From NCBI GenBank assembly GCA_965153285.1, contig OZ229119.1: DNA of 64,000 nucleotides. One strand, given 5' to 3'. The stretch comes from Podarcis tiliguerta. Its lineage: Eukaryota. The position numbers were made by a program, and so were the translations under genes. How positions within the stretch are numbered: position 1 is the first letter of the stretch; every line of letters begins with the position of its first letter. Positions 37,695-51,900 of the stretch are shown here, piece after piece. Under the pieces are notes generated by a model that did not search any database, was not told the origin of the DNA, and saw only the letters and a program-made list of their open reading frames with translations.

Positions 37695-40459
37695 TAATGC
37701 ACTCTACATTGTCTACGAAGACTATCTAGAAATGTCAGCTGGTTCAAAACACAGCTGCAAAATGGTTAACTGGAACAAGGGAGAGGGAACTTTTATTGTC
37801 AACACTTAAATTACTTCGCTGCCTACCAGTTTGTTCCCAGGCATGATAGAGTTGTACTGGTTTTTTACCTTAAAAGCTTTAATTATGTGAAGAACAACCC
37901 CCTCTCTGTTAGAGGCCTAGGTCAACTTCAGAGTTGAGGTGGGTGACTACCAGGGATGGAGTATTCTCAGTGGAGTTGAAAAGTTGGGTGCAGCAGAACT
38001 GCATTCAGCTGGTGGAATTCTGCTTTCGGGGTTTTTATGTGTCAGCTAAAAACTGTTTCCCCTGCCTGCTTGATAAACGTAATTTAATTAGATGTCTCTA
38101 TTCTTCCTGGCATTTATGTACCACCCAAAGGGATTATAAATCTAATCCATATCAACCTCTCCATGGATTAAAACTGTTCTCTGTGTAGCTTTCCCACTAG
38201 ATACTGCATAGACATCTACAAGGAAGGGGTCAATTTTGGCTCTAGTGCCTCAGATCTGCAATACCACCCCCCAAAAATATTCATCTGGTGTGGACACCAT
38301 TATCCTGTAGGGACCAGACAAAAAAAAACACATTTGTATTCACATAGACATTTTAAATTCCATCAGTGGCCTATATTGCTGCTTGCTCTTTTATTCTGTT
38401 GTTTTATTGCATTGTATTTCCCCCCACTATGTTTTACTTTTATGGTTTTGATGTGACCCATCCTAGAACTGGGAAATGAAAGATGATTTGTGAACAAATA
38501 AAGACATACCTGTTGCTAAAAGCCTTGCTTTTGTATTATTTGTAATTTATTCTATTTGGTTTCTTGTTTTTGTTTTAGAAACTGAAAACTCTTGATTAAT
38601 CGAGTACTGCTGTTTTATTGTGGGTGTGTTACTGATTTTGTGCATTCTTTTTGTTTGCTTTTATGGCAACTGAGCTGTGAACACCTTTGGAACTGCCACT
38701 GAAATGTGAGGATCAATGTTTAAAATAAATACTTCAAGCATTCCCATATTTCCAATGTTCAGGCTGTGAGTGTCATTCCCACATAGCCAAAACAGGCAGA
38801 GAGGTTTCAGCAGGCTTTGGGGAACCCCAAAGCTCACATAAATACTATCAATCTTTAGCAAGTACAACTTAAGCAGGTGCAGGGGTGAGCTCCCAAACAG
38901 TGCAGTGAAGACTTGAGTGTGTTCTGTGGCCACAGAATGCTGGCTGGGGTCAAAACTGGGGACAATGGGAACACAATGGAGAGGCTGGAATTCTGAACAG
39001 CGAGCACTTCATGCCACAACACTTTGTTGCAGCTCCCACTTCTAACATGGGAATAACAATACGAACTAGCATAGAGCAGCAAAGCGATTGCTGCATCAGA
39101 AGCCCAGCTGCCTCTGGTTAGCTGATGGTGGGTTCTGCCCTCCGTTTTATTTTGATTTTGCTTTGATTTTGAGTGTTATATATTTTCCTTTAGAGCCTCT
39201 CTGGGAGTCTCTATATTAAGCTGTATAAGCTAATGTGAAACTGACAGAAAGACCAGTTTTAATGCCGCAATATATGGCGTGAATCTGGGCCACGAAACAT
39301 AGCTGCAGTAGCCACTGACTTGCTTTTTGAAGGAGAGAAGAAGCCTAACTTGGCCAGCAGGACAAAATGTCCCAAATGTTGCACTGTCTGAGTTTGCAGA
39401 CTATCTCTATACAATGTTGCTGAGAAATTGAGATTAGGGGGGAACTGTCTGCATGTCTGCATACGCCAAGGATGATAGGAGAAATTCATTAAAATGGTTG
39501 TGTTTTGTAGTTGAAGATATTTACTGCAGCAATATAAGTGTCAAACATGACAGTCAACTTCAGAAAGTGCCCTTGGTGATTTATTGATGCACAATTTTAA
39601 ATTTCCTTTTTACAGAAATTAAAATGAAGGGCTTCCACTCTTCAGTCCACCCTTATCAGATGCTTTCCCCTTTTGCAAGTTGCTGAATTGTAATTTTTAG
39701 GTACACTTGTTCTACCTAACACACATCTGAAAAGCCTTTAAAAGGTACTGGAAAAAGCAACAACTCTGCTCAGTGAAGTCCCAGACAGAAATAAATACTC
39801 ATAATCCATGTGGCTTTGCAACTCACACTCTTTTGGATGGTTAAAATGGCACATATTTAATTATTTTGATGTTTTCCTAACTTGCCTTTCATCATAAAGC
39901 CAAGCCCAGAAAAAGGTAATTTTTAAAAAAATGAGTTAGACCACACCAGTAGCAATCATAAAACAGGGACTGCTAAAACATCAAACAAATCAAGCGAAAC
40001 ATCAAACAAATACAAAACATTAATACAGCGTAAATCAGCAGAGCAGCTGGCTCAGAGGTCACCAACCTTTTGGGAGTCTGGGGAATTGTTTGCAAACTGG
40101 AGCTGCTGTCATGGGTACCCCATCCTCGCTGGAACCTGTTCTGTTGGCTTCAACAGAATTCCAGAGGGTGCCATTGTGGGTGCCAGAGGTGGAGACTAGG
40201 GAAGCCCTTTGCAGGCACAGGTGTGACTCTGAGTGCTGCATTAGTGACCCTTGCCAGTCCTACCTGTGGGTTGGGTGTGTTATACAGGTGGGGAATCACA
40301 AAAGAGAGAAGGCCCTTTCCTGGGTTACCATACAGCAAATCTACAGCACAACCGGACAGGACTCTCTTCTGATGAACTCAGATCGTTCTCTTATGGCAGA
40401 AGATGTATTCAAGTATTTAGGTCCCAATTTTTATAAGACTTTATATGTCAATAGCCAGG

Positions 40460-40680
40460 AATGGCTAGGAATGTCAGAATATAATCAGGAAGAACGAGTT
40501 TCAAATCCCCAGTCAACCATGAAGCTTATTGGGTTATCTTGGGCCAGTTACAATCCCTCAACCTAACTCATCTCACAACCTTATTACAGGATACAGTGTA
40601 AATGGGGAGAATCAGGTACACCAACTTGAGCTCAATGGAAGAAAGGTGGGATATAAACATAATAGTCAACAGATAAATAA
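40460..40680 (+). mobile_element. Old MIR/CORE-like SINE
   Basis: gagtttcaaatccc (box B), gggttatcttgggccagttac, cctaactcatctcaca, gtgggatataaa. Confidence 0.6.
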
Positions 40681-43440
40681 TATTGGGCACATTGAATTTG
40701 GCTCTTTAGCCAATCAGCACACAGTGCTCTTCTTTCCAGATCTGCATTATTTTATCTTAATACTTTGAACCACTCAGCAACGCACTCACTACATTTTGTA
40801 CTAGCTGCAGCTAAGAAGCCCCACAAAGAACACTGTTAGTTAGCAAGATGAGAAGTTACCAGGGCATGTGTCACTGTGGCACAGCTGTGAAGCAGCCAAA
40901 GATGTCAGAAGGCACTGTTAGACACTGAAGATCCCCTCCAGTGAGTACACTGACAACATATACACTCTTTCAAGGGTAGTGCAACTCTGTCTAGAACATG
41001 CCATGTACCTGAGAACCACCAAGACCTAAGACATTTGTCTTGTTGGAACCTCCCCAGGCTAAATGGCATTGCATCAAGCCATTGTTACCCCAGATTTTCC
41101 AATGCATTTAGGGGAGTTCAACTCACACCAGTGTGAGCTGGCCAGATGAAATTATAGAGCTTGTGTACCTTTAATAGTTGGGTAGAAAGCTGGGTAGAAT
41201 AGTTCAGCTGAAAGTCTGAAACTATTAAAGATGCACAAGCCCTGTCCCCTGTTCCCTTGACCACCCTACACACATGTACATGTACAACCAGTCAGGAAGT
41301 CCCAACACGCCAAGGATAGAGTAACAGTGTTCGGGGCTTAAATTCAGTAGGCTAGCGACACCAAGGGAACAGAGGAGGGAAAAGAGAATGTAGCTGCTGG
41401 ATGCAAAGATGAGGGAAGAAGACATGGTATGTATAAGGAAGCAGCGTGAGTATGTATCTACTCAGAAGTAAGCTACATTGAATTAAATGAGATTTACTTC
41501 TACGGAAATGTACATATAATTCAAGGGGAAGAAACAAGGATAAATAGGCTGATTCAGTGTGCTGCTTTAGAGGATCTTTAAGATCTGCAAGACTTTGAAC
41601 ATGTGGAGTGAATATTATACATGTGCCTGTCTGTCTGTCTGTCTGTTTGTTTGTGTGCATGCTGCTGTTTGCCCATAGCAATTTTGTGTGTTTGCAAAAT
41701 GGAGAGAAGAGTCACAGGCCAGTTGAAAAGCTATTACCTGGAATTGACAAATGCATGGAGCTGGGCTTGTAAAACCTTATTTTTGTCCAGTAAAAAGATT
41801 AATGAGACGTTTGAGAAACTGATTCTCTGTGCTGAGGTAGAGTGTATTCCAGCCTCTAGATAATACAGAAATCAGTTATATTTGCTAAATTTCTCTTTCC
41901 TGCTTTTCTCAGTTATGGATAGCGCCGATTGCTGTTGTTTTATAGCTTTGGTTAATGTGTTTGCAAATTGCAATGAAGGCATCTGAGGAAATTACTCCAT
42001 ACATCAGTGGAGACAGAAGAAATGGGTTTCTAGTCTGCTTGTGTGTGTCACTTGGGTACAAATCAGTAGTTCTTATAAGGTGACTAAAATTAGGTATAAA
42101 TAAGTATGCTTTAAAGGTCCTAATACTGTAAATAAATAAATAAATAAATAATCCCAGTATACACAGAAAGGTTAAATAATGTTTAAGTTAAACACACCCA
42201 TAATGATTAAGAAATGCTTTTGAATAGACTTGATTCATTAGTGGAACCATTACAATCAAAATATTTGCCATATGTATATTAATATGGGGGTGGGGGGCTT
42301 TGTATGAATTTTGTTAAATATGGGACATGCCTGCATAGAATCTGGCACTGAAGTTGCTAATTGCTAATTAGCATTTAAGAAGCACTCCTGTTAGATGCCC
42401 TCTGGTAATGCCTAGTCAGTGATGAGGATTTTATACTAAACACAACTTGAGAATGTCTCCTTTTTACAATTTTAGGAAGCCTTTGTTGTTAGCTGTGTTG
42501 AAATTTCTGCATGTTGGTCTTATGATATGACAAGAGTCTCCACTCAACTTCTCAAAGATTTGGAATTCCTATTAAAGAAGAAGTAATTGGGCACCTAACT
42601 AGTTCCAACACGCAAAATATATTCATACAATGAAGTTAGCAGTTAAAACCTAGGATCAAGATACTGGGGCCACAATCCTTTAATCAGTTACCTGGGACTA
42701 AGCCCATTAAACTCAATGGGACTTACTACTTAGCTGAAATGTATAGAATCATAGAACTGTACTCTAAGGGTCCTAGGTACCCCAAGAGTCATCTTGTCCA
42801 ACCCCATGCAATGCAGGAACCTCAACGCAGTCTCCCATCCAGATTGAACCTTGCTTAGCTTTGCAAATGTGCTAGCAGTTTTATTGCTGGTCTGCGCTAT
42901 TAGGCAGAACTTGGGAAGTCATGTTAAACTGGATTGCCTGTGAGACAGAAGCTGCAGTGGTTCCTCCTAAACCAAGTGGTGACTCACTTCAAAGGTGAAG
43001 AATCTTGAAGGACCAGATTCTGCCCTAAGTGTCACCCACACTCTTTGTTTAGCAGCTGAGGCCTCACACTGGATGCTGCTGTTGAACGAAGCATATAACA
43101 TGGCTCTCTAACTGTAACCCTGTAGGCAAAAAAAACTAAGACCTGGCTTTTTAAGAAGGCACTTTAGGAAGGTGATTCTTAGTTCTGGAATTTGTGCTCA
43201 GCACCAAAAACAATCTCATAGCATGCAAAGCTCTCTGCATGAGGCCACATGGCCTAACTCTGTGGAACCAATTGAGAATCCACCATGCTATGGAATAATT
43301 TACCTTTGGAGTGTGTATATTCTGATTTAAAGGTGTTTCGTCACAGCCGCATCAATAGTACCTGTAAACTAGTTTTGATGGTTGTGTTTTGCTGTAAGCC
43401 ACTTAGCTTCTTTCCTTTTATTCTTAATAGCTTTCTTTGA

Positions 43441-43472
<32 letters not shown>

Positions 43473-46227
43473 TTTTATTTCTATACTGCTTTGTATTTTC
43501 AAGAAAAGAATCTCAAAGCAGTAGTTTACAACCTACATTAAAACATCAAATAAAACAATCCAAAATAAAACATTACTGAAGAAAGTCAGATATACTGTAA
43601 AAGTATGACATTCAAAGTAACATGATTAATAGGATAAGCACAGAACATCTCTGCTGCTGTTGCTGCCAATCCTATCTATGGTGGTTCATGGTGGTGGCAG
43701 CTGTGGAAGTTGAGGCTCGATGACCTGGGTCTGCAATAAGAGACATCAAAGATGATGAAGATAGAGGGATACTCTGTATTAAAGGAACCAGTGTTGTCCT
43801 TGGTGGAATATAACAGGGCTCTATAAAAACAGCTCAGCCACATGATTACATTGCTGAGGGACTACCTATTACAGAGTTTCATAGGTGAATCGTTGGCCTA
43901 TGTTAATGCATTGTTGTTGAAAAGTATTTAAGATCAGACTGTTGTCAGCAGGAAAGATTAGCGGAATTTCAAAAGCCATTGTACTTGCTGTAGCTTCTTC
44001 CGGATAAAACAACTAGATATCGAGCTTTTTCACACTCACCAAATTAGTATACATGCAAATTAGTATACACTGGTCAAACTAGTATCGTTTAAATGTAAGA
44101 CAGACTTGTATAGACATTGTGTATACATTTGACCATATCAAATGTGCAAAAGTTCAGTATATAGAATGGACCAGTCAGGAAAGTCAGAAGTGAGAAGGGT
44201 GTGATTGGATGAGGGATGAAAGCATGGTTGTCTGAATAGTTATGATTTCAGTTCTGTAATTTATTTCAACTCAAACGGTTTAACATATAGTAATGCAGCA
44301 TTATATTTTAGAAGGGTAAAAGGGGGGAGTAATTTAATATTTTATTGCTGCATGTTACAAAAACAGTAAAAGGAGAGCGGCCAGCTTTATTTATAGCCAT
44401 TCTTGTCAGAATTTTGGATTAATTTATGTCTGTAAAATACATAGTGACATTTAAGTGATGTTAACTTTAATTTGTTTTATGGGGATCAAAATGAAGTTGT
44501 CAGGTCTTGTGTTAACTGTTGCTGATTAATAGTTTTATAAAAGTTAATACCTTGAATTGCCAGCTTTACAGTGTTGTAAAAACATTCCCCCCCCCCCATA
44601 ATCTAACCAAGGCAGGGTATCAGGATTTGCGCTGGGTACATTTCATGAAGGTTCACTAGCAGCTGTAATCTTCCTGCAGATTGTTTTAGCTTACTGAAGG
44701 TTATGTTAACCTAGTGTGTTTTGAAACACTTATTACAATATATGTCTGTGTAAGATAATAAATCAAATAAATGAGAGTGCTAATAATATCATTATAAACG
44801 TCTTTCAAATATCCTTTTCAACCACTTTGTCACAAAACTGGCATACCCTATTACCATTGTCTTACCCTAATACCACTGGTTATTTCCTTAATTGTTGACA
44901 TACCCCAAATTCCCAGAAACGAAACATCTTGGACACAATTCAGTTGCCATTAAAGTGCTATTTTGGCCTTTATTGCGTGGGGATGTCTGCAGAGGGGAGA
45001 CTCCTCTTTGGCCATGATCAGGGTTCCCAGACCTGCAGGTGAGGAGTGGGGGCAGAGCCTCAACACACAACACAAGGGGGAACAGGACAGGGCAGCAGAG
45101 GCAGGCACTCACCCCTCCATGCAATTACAGTCACATGAAGGCAGGGCATTCCCAAACATGGTTTGCAAAATACATGTTCCAAATCTGAATGTTCATTCCA
45201 ACCCTTTACATTAACAACTAATAGCACAATGGGTCCAATATAATGAATTGAATTAACGTTTTTCAAGTGTGGACTTCCAGATTTTTGGGCACATATTTCT
45301 TGGCATATTTTTTATCATTGTTGAAATTAGTTTTTGAGTATAACCCCTTGCTGCTCTCCCTGTGTGTCTGTCTGTTTCTACTGAGTGCCATTTTCTACTG
45401 TTGCCTGAAGAGTGCCATAAAGACACTGTCTCCGTGCATAACATGCATTAAACTGCCTCACCAGTAATTGACTCACAGTCCTCTCACCTTCCTTTGAAAA
45501 CCATAACATCTGGATACTAGGAAGTATATGGAATTGGAGCTATAGTTTTGAATGTCAGGATAAAAGGAGACTTCGGATATCTGTTCGGGGACCCAGTATA
45601 AAAAGGTCTTTGTGCAAATGTAGAGTCCTCTCTTGATTTCTGCTTCAAAGGATGGTTTGCAACGCTTTGGTCTACTTGTTGTCTATGCAGTGTATTTGCT
45701 TTCAGCTGAAGTGCTGTAAGAGAGAATGATTTTGTGGGTAAATAAAAGTGTCACAGTGAAGTAATTAACAGTTTTCTCTCCTGAAAAGAGAGTCTTGTGA
45801 TGCCCACTGATTCCTGTGATTGTTTATTGATCAAGGAGTTATGATACTGAGCCAAGCGTTGTCATGGTTCAGTTATCAGAGTAGTACGTTGTCAAATGAT
45901 GTGCTCTTTTGACATGGGATCAAACTGAGAATGAAACAGAAATTGTAGAGGGCTGTAAATCCATCAACCTGAGCCAAGGGGAGCTAGAAGCCTCCCAGAA
46001 TTCTTGTCCTTGACAATGTTATGTGTGTTCTGTCTGCAAAATAAGGTAGCTAACATTTAAATCTCTGAAATAAAGGTGAAAAGAAACAGAATAGCATGCT
46101 ATCATCTTCTGTTGCTAAAACAATGTTTACATCTAACTTGGTGGCAACTGTGGCCTAAGCAGAAAGAAGGGATTTGCTCTCAGTTGAAGTGGTTGATTCA
46201 GATATTTCAGAAATAGTGCAGTGGCTC

Positions 46228-46385
46228 ATAGGAACAGCAGAAGCTGCCTTATATAGAGTGAAACCATTGATCCATCTAAGTCAGTATTGTCTACACTGAC
46301 TGACAGCAGCTCTCCAGGTTTTCAGAAAGGAATCTCTCCCAGATGTCAGGAATTGAACCTGGGATCTTCTGCATACAGAGCATAT
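46228..46385 (-). mobile_element. tRNA-Ala-derived SINE
   Basis: cataggaa..agctgccttat...ccatcta.gtcagtattgtctacactgact...ttgaacctggga.cttctgcat. Confidence 0.8.
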
Positions 46386-46753
46386 TCCATGGTCCATATT
46401 CCAGTTGATCCATCATAGATGAAGCAACGAGAAGAGTAAGAAGGATGTTCCACTGTTGTTTAAATAGTTTTATTTATTAACAATATTTACAGGCTTAGCC
46501 ACCTCAGCCATTTAGACTAGATTCAGAACCTTGAGGTTTGGTTTGGATATTGTGGGAAGCTCTTTCCGTTTTGATTCCCCCGTCCCCTTTTTAATATACT
46601 AATTTCTTCTCGGGATTTTGTCATTCTGTTTTCTGCCCTTGAGCATTTTGGTTTTCTCAGAAGCAATGGTCTTAATAATCAAAACAATTCTCTCATCACC
46701 TGATCTGAAGGGGACAGAAACAATGTTGTCCTGCTTTCTACTCTCTTTTGCTT

Positions 46754-46887
46754 TTGCCCTGTTTAGGGAAGCTTTTAATGTTTGATGTATTATAGTATTT
46801 TAATATTTTTTTTGGAAGCTGCCCAGAGTGGCTGGGGAAGCCCAGCCAGATGGGCGGGGTATAAATAATAAATTATTATTATTATTA
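46754..46887 (+). mobile_element. L2 3' end with (ATT)n tail
   Basis: gccctgtttagggaag...ggaagctgcccagagtggctggggaagcccagccagatgggcggggtataaataataaa. Confidence 0.88.
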
Positions 46888-47416
46888 GACGGTGCCAAGT
46901 ATCTAGCATAGTATTGTTCACACTACGTAAGTTAGTAGCAGCAGCTCTTTAGATTTTCAGAAAGGGGTAGTTCTCAGCCCTACCTGCAGATGCCAGGGAT
47001 TATACTTGGGACCTTTTGCAAGGAAAGCACGAGTCCTCTAAGTTGTCCCTGCATTTTTTCTCTCTCCCTTGCATCCTTTGTGGCACTGTACTACAAAATA
47101 CTGTGTATCAGTATTTTACTTCCCTTCTGTCTGCTGCTGACCACAACTGCTATTGTGGCCAATGTTGTCATCAAAGCCCAAGATGAAAGCTATTTAGACC
47201 CCTCAGGTGCTTTTAAATTTTAGTTTCTTGTCATGTTAACAGCAAATTCCCGAGTTCAGGGAGCGGTGACCTGAATGGTGGCATTTTGACTGTAATCTCT
47301 GCTTGCTGACTGCTGCTCCAAGAATAAAAATTTAAACCGCAAGATTTAATGAAATCCCTCCGGATTAAGTGCTCAGTGTGCTGAGGAAATTGTGTTATCA
47401 ACCTTCCCTCTGTAGT

Positions 47417-47540
47417 AGTAAGCATAAGGTTTGGTTTCTCAGTAGGAGAGTGTCCAAGAGAGACAACTCCGAGTCCATCAATAATTTACATTTTTGTTAC
47501 TTACCAGCCCGGTATTTGGGATTTTGTTGCCATAGCAATC
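47417..47540. promoter_or_regulatory. Copy 1 of duplicated module with an RFX X-box-like site (47526-47539)
   Basis: Aligns to 48405-48519; GTTGCCATAGCAAT. Confidence 0.55.
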
Positions 47541-48404
47541 TATCTGGGCCTGGGCAGTGTTTTAAGTGGTGGTTGTATAGGGATTCACAGCGTGTGCTTT
47601 AAACTCCTGTGTGCCAAAGTAATCCACAGATCTGTGCTGCAGTTGATTTGAGATGCTGTTAAAATCATTGCTCATGGTTGCAAGGCACCTTACATCTATG
47701 GAAGATTTGAATATAGTTAAGGGTGTTAAAGTTACAGAGCAGCCAAGGTTTTATTTTTTTAGTTTTATTTTTTTAGTTGATGATATACTTTGCTAACAAA
47801 TCAATATTTAGTATGAAAGAATGTGTTGCTGGGGAAAACAAACAGATGATGGTGTATTGATTTAAGATTGATTGTGCATTTAAGAGTGCACAATCCTATG
47901 CACTCTTCACTCAGAATTCCCACTTTGCTTAATGGACTTGCTCCTAGGTATATGTGCATAGGATTGCAACTTCAAACTGCTTTGGATTTGATATAAATCA
48001 TAAATTTGTATTAAAAACAGTAATTTGGCTCTGCTACAACATGCATTATATATCATATGTCATGGTTCACATTTATATAATATAATTATGATGTGTTGTC
48101 ATGCAGGGGTGGTGAGCCCACAAGCTGAATCAGGCCTGGCAAGTCATCGGAAGTGGCCCACCAGCCCCCATGCAAATGTGCTCTTTTCTCTTAACACATT
48201 CCTGTTTTCTGAGTACCATCAGCCTCCCAGCAGAGGCGGCACACAAGAAAAAGAGGTGCATTTGCAAGGTCAGGAAAAGCCAACTTTGCGAAGCATCTTC
48301 TGCCTGATTAAGGTGCTTAGCTGAGAGGAGATGTTCCTCTCTGCCCAGCCCAGTTTTTCTTCGAAGTGTTGAGGCAGTTGTTTGCTCCCCCCCCCCCCCA
48401 TTTC

Positions 48405-48521
48405 AGTAAGCATGAGGTTTGGTTTCTTAGCAAGAGAATATCCAAAAGAGACCACTTCGGCCAATCAATAATTTGCACTTTTGATTCCTGGTATTTGGAA
48501 TTGTGTTGCCATAGCAACACA
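48405..48521. promoter_or_regulatory. Copy 2 of duplicated module with a consensus RFX X-box (48505-48518)
   Basis: GTTGCCATAGCAAC inside the near-palindrome TGTGTTGCCATAGCAACACA. Confidence 0.6.
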
Positions 48522-48634
48522 TTTGCTGCCTCTGCTCTTCAGACAGAAAGCTCTAATGGTAAGAGCCATTGAGTCTTACCCTCCATTACAGTGACAGGGG
48601 CAGGAATATTGCCTCTGCTCTTGAAAGACTGTAT

Positions 48635-48892
48635 TGTTATGAGTTGGGGTGGGTCAGTCTGGAAGATGCCCCGAGTCTCTTCCAGTTCTTGGGATCCTGT
48701 ATCTATGGGAGTAGAATGTATAAGAACAAGCTTGCTGAACCATTTCCTCTATTAAGGCTAGCTGGTTAAGCACCATAATTAGCATCACCAAAGAAGTTGC
48801 TCTATGCTACAAGACAAAAGAGTGGGCCTTTCTCTCTTCCCCTAGCTGCTGTGTAGGAGAACAGTAGCCAGAGGTGTGAGAGAGAGGGAGAG

Positions 48893-48935
<43 letters not shown>

Positions 48936-49407
48936 ACCTCTGTGCTGGTCTGTGCTAGACTTTGAGGCTCCCTTGGCAACCAAATGGGGAAGCAAGGTCT
49001 GCTGGGGTCTTAATTCTCTGAGCCCCACTCCCTCATATTATGCTCAGGTTGTATATACAGTGGTACCTCTAGTTACGAACTTAATTTGTTCCGGAGGTCC
49101 GTTCTTAATCTGAAACTGTTCTTAACTAGAGGCGTGCTTTTGCTAATGGGGCCTCTTGCTGCCGCTGCGCCTCCGGCACACGATTTCTGTTCTCATCCTG
49201 GGGCAAATTCTCAACTCGAGGTAACTCTTCCAGGTTAGCAGAGTTTGTAACCTGAAGTGTTTGTAATCTGATGCAGTTGTAATTAGAGGTTCTATTGTAT
49301 GTGTAAATAAAACCGTATATTCCTTCATTCCAAGGAAACCGAACCCAGGGTAAGCACTGGAAACCCTGGAGTCTCTCACTGATTGGAAACTGGGGTGGCA
49401 TTTAACA
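48635..49407 (+). mobile_element. Solo LTR with nested Tigger-like MITE and a (GT)n tract
   Basis: gtat|TGTTA ... TAACA|gtat (inverted termini, perfect 4-bp TSD); AATAAA near 49306. Confidence 0.8.
49058..49297. mobile_element. Tigger-like MITE (older copy) inserted at a TA inside the solo LTR
   Basis: TA|cagtggtacctctagttac ... gtaattagaggttctattg|TA; body matches the 11504 copy. Confidence 0.85.
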
Positions 49408-51719
49408 GTATTCTCTGAAGAGCAGAGACAGTAATTTCCCACTTGCATTGGGCTGGGAGCACAGGAACCTCTTCCCCCAGCCCAGTACAACAATGGGGAT
49501 GAAATCACTATTTCTGCCCTTCAGAGACAAATCTTTCTGCACCATATGGGTGGTGAGTGTGTGTGCAAGTGTCTGCATGATTGTCTGCATAAGTGTGTGT
49601 GCGCATGTTGTTATGAAGGTGAGTGTGCATTGTGAGGTGGCAGTGCCTGTTTCGGCAGTGCCCACTGTCACTTGACCATGCCTACCACTGGCAAGCAACC
49701 TTTGGAGGCTTGTCCTCTCCCTTCCTGGGGAAGGAAGCTTATGTGGAACATATCACCTTCAGCCCGTGTTGAGTGTTGGTGTTTGGAAGGATCTGATCCT
49801 CCAACTTCTTAAAATATATACCTGTTGTTGTATTAGACTTCTGCGTGAATGAAACAGTAGGTAGGGCAGTCCCTCTTTGTAATCAAGACAAGAGTTTGGA
49901 TGTTCTCCAATGGGTGTGGATAGATGCAAAGGGAATTTTGACTCTGTGTTATTGTTGGGTGTCTTGTTTGATGCTGTATGTAAAATTCCATGTTATTTGT
50001 CATCTGTTATTCCAGTTGCAACAGATCTGATAGTGTATTAGATCTACCACCTTGTCTTTCTAGTTCAGCTGTTGTTTGGCTCTTTGAGCAGTGTTTGTCT
50101 GTGTCAGGGATACTCTTCAAGCATCTCCCAGATCAAATCTCTGTGAATTCCCTCCCCTCACCCCACTGATTCCTCCGAGTAAATTAAATAGAAGATGCAC
50201 GTTATTTACATGATTGCTTCAGGGTCTCAAGGGAATCTTTTCCAGATACCATTTATAAAAAATGTACAGAATATGCTCTGAAGTATTATTGCAAAATGCA
50301 ATCTGGCATAGCTAAAATCATTTTATTCTATTGGTTTTGCTAATGGATTTTGATTTTTAAAATAATAATAATAACTGTTTCCTCTGAAACAATATTGAAA
50401 TGAAAACCAGATCTTGCAGGACTAGTTGACAGATGCTGTAACAGCAGCTGGGAAACACAGTCGTCATTACCAGAGCACGTTCCCCATGCTCGAACCCACA
50501 GGATCCATAGCCATGGATGAGTGAGTTAATGTTCCAGCACATTATATAAAATATTATTTGTTTAAGGCTAAGACATATAACGCAAATGGGTTTTTGTTCT
50601 GTAAAATAATGTTGCATCTTCCTTTGCCGAATCATTTCTCATTTTTCTTGTTTGATTTCTTCATTATATATGTAAAATTCTAGAAGTAACTGCTAGGAAG
50701 TATATAAGCAGATTTATGCCGCTGTACTTGCATTTATGTACATTCATTTTCACCATTCCTATTCCACACTGTTGTTGCTAATATCTAATCAAAAAGGTTT
50801 CTCCATTTTATACAGAGAAGACATTTCTCTTCCTAGCCTTTCCCACATCTCTCCTTCTGTCTTACCCTCAGTTGTAATAATCACAATGTCAGTTCTTTAA
50901 AAAATGAATAAGAAGAAAAATCAACAGGGGCTCTTATTGGCTCCTGCCATATCAGTAAATATCCGCCCAGTCTTTGAACAAACTCCCTGAGACATGTCCA
51001 TGTTCCATTGGGTACCAGGACTGGATACACACACACCTTTCATTATGAACAGTGGAGAAATGCAAAGTTTCTCTCTGTGAGTGAGCACAATGGTGGCTGA
51101 TATAGGTTTCCCTTTTTTCCTTGAGGGCAGGGGGAGAGGGAAACATGCAAGGACTATTTTGTGGTTTTGCCTCTTCACTTTTATATATGACAGCCATTTT
51201 GTGACCTGCACTTTTTCAAAATTTTAGATGTGGCCATTGATCTAAAAATGTTGATGACTCCTGCCACAGAGAACTTGAAAGGCAGGGTATAGATTGGTAA
51301 ATAATCAATAATAGGCCTTCTACAAAATTAGCTAATGACTTGGATCTAGACATTGTTTCTGCTGGCAGGAGCATCCTTTGAGAGTTGTACTGATTTCCCT
51401 TCTCTCTCAGCATCACCTCCCACACAGTGTCCTAAAACTGTGCAAGAGATGGTACTGGGGGGGGGGGGGATCAGCAAAATTCACTCCACACCCACTCACA
51501 CTCCTAGCAAGATCCCACTTCTGAGTCAAAAGCCTTCTTTGGAAGGAAGTAGCTTTTCCATATGTGGAAGGCAAAATCTGAATCCAACTCAGTTAGCGGT
51601 GATTTATTTATCTTACGAACATCTGTGTTATTTTCGTGACAACGCATTTTCAGTCACGTATAATATTAACGAGTGCAATTCGCAGCACTTTGTCACACTG
51701 TAAAATTCTCTCGTGCGAG

Positions 51720-51900
51720 ATGTGGTGGTGGCTGTCCACTTTGGATGGCTTTACAGCAGGATTAGACAAATTCGTGGAGGATCAGTCTTATCTGTAGCTA
51801 CCAGCCATAATTGCTAATGTTCTACTTTCACTACCATAGGCAGTATGCCTCTGAATGCCAAGAGGGGAATGACAAATGGGGAGACTGCTGTTACAACTAC
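51720..51900 (+). mobile_element. CR1 ORF2 end / 3' UTR fragment
   Basis: gatgtggtg..ttggatggcttta..ggattagacaaattc.tggagga...gcagtatgcctctgaatgcca. Confidence 0.7.

Noticed and set aside
41903-41950. Strong-looking acceptor tttctctttcctgcttttctcAG
   Set aside because: No convincing donor or recognisable reading frame downstream.
44040-44085. Short tandem caaattagtataca duplication
   Set aside because: Ordinary slippage-scale duplication with no further structure.
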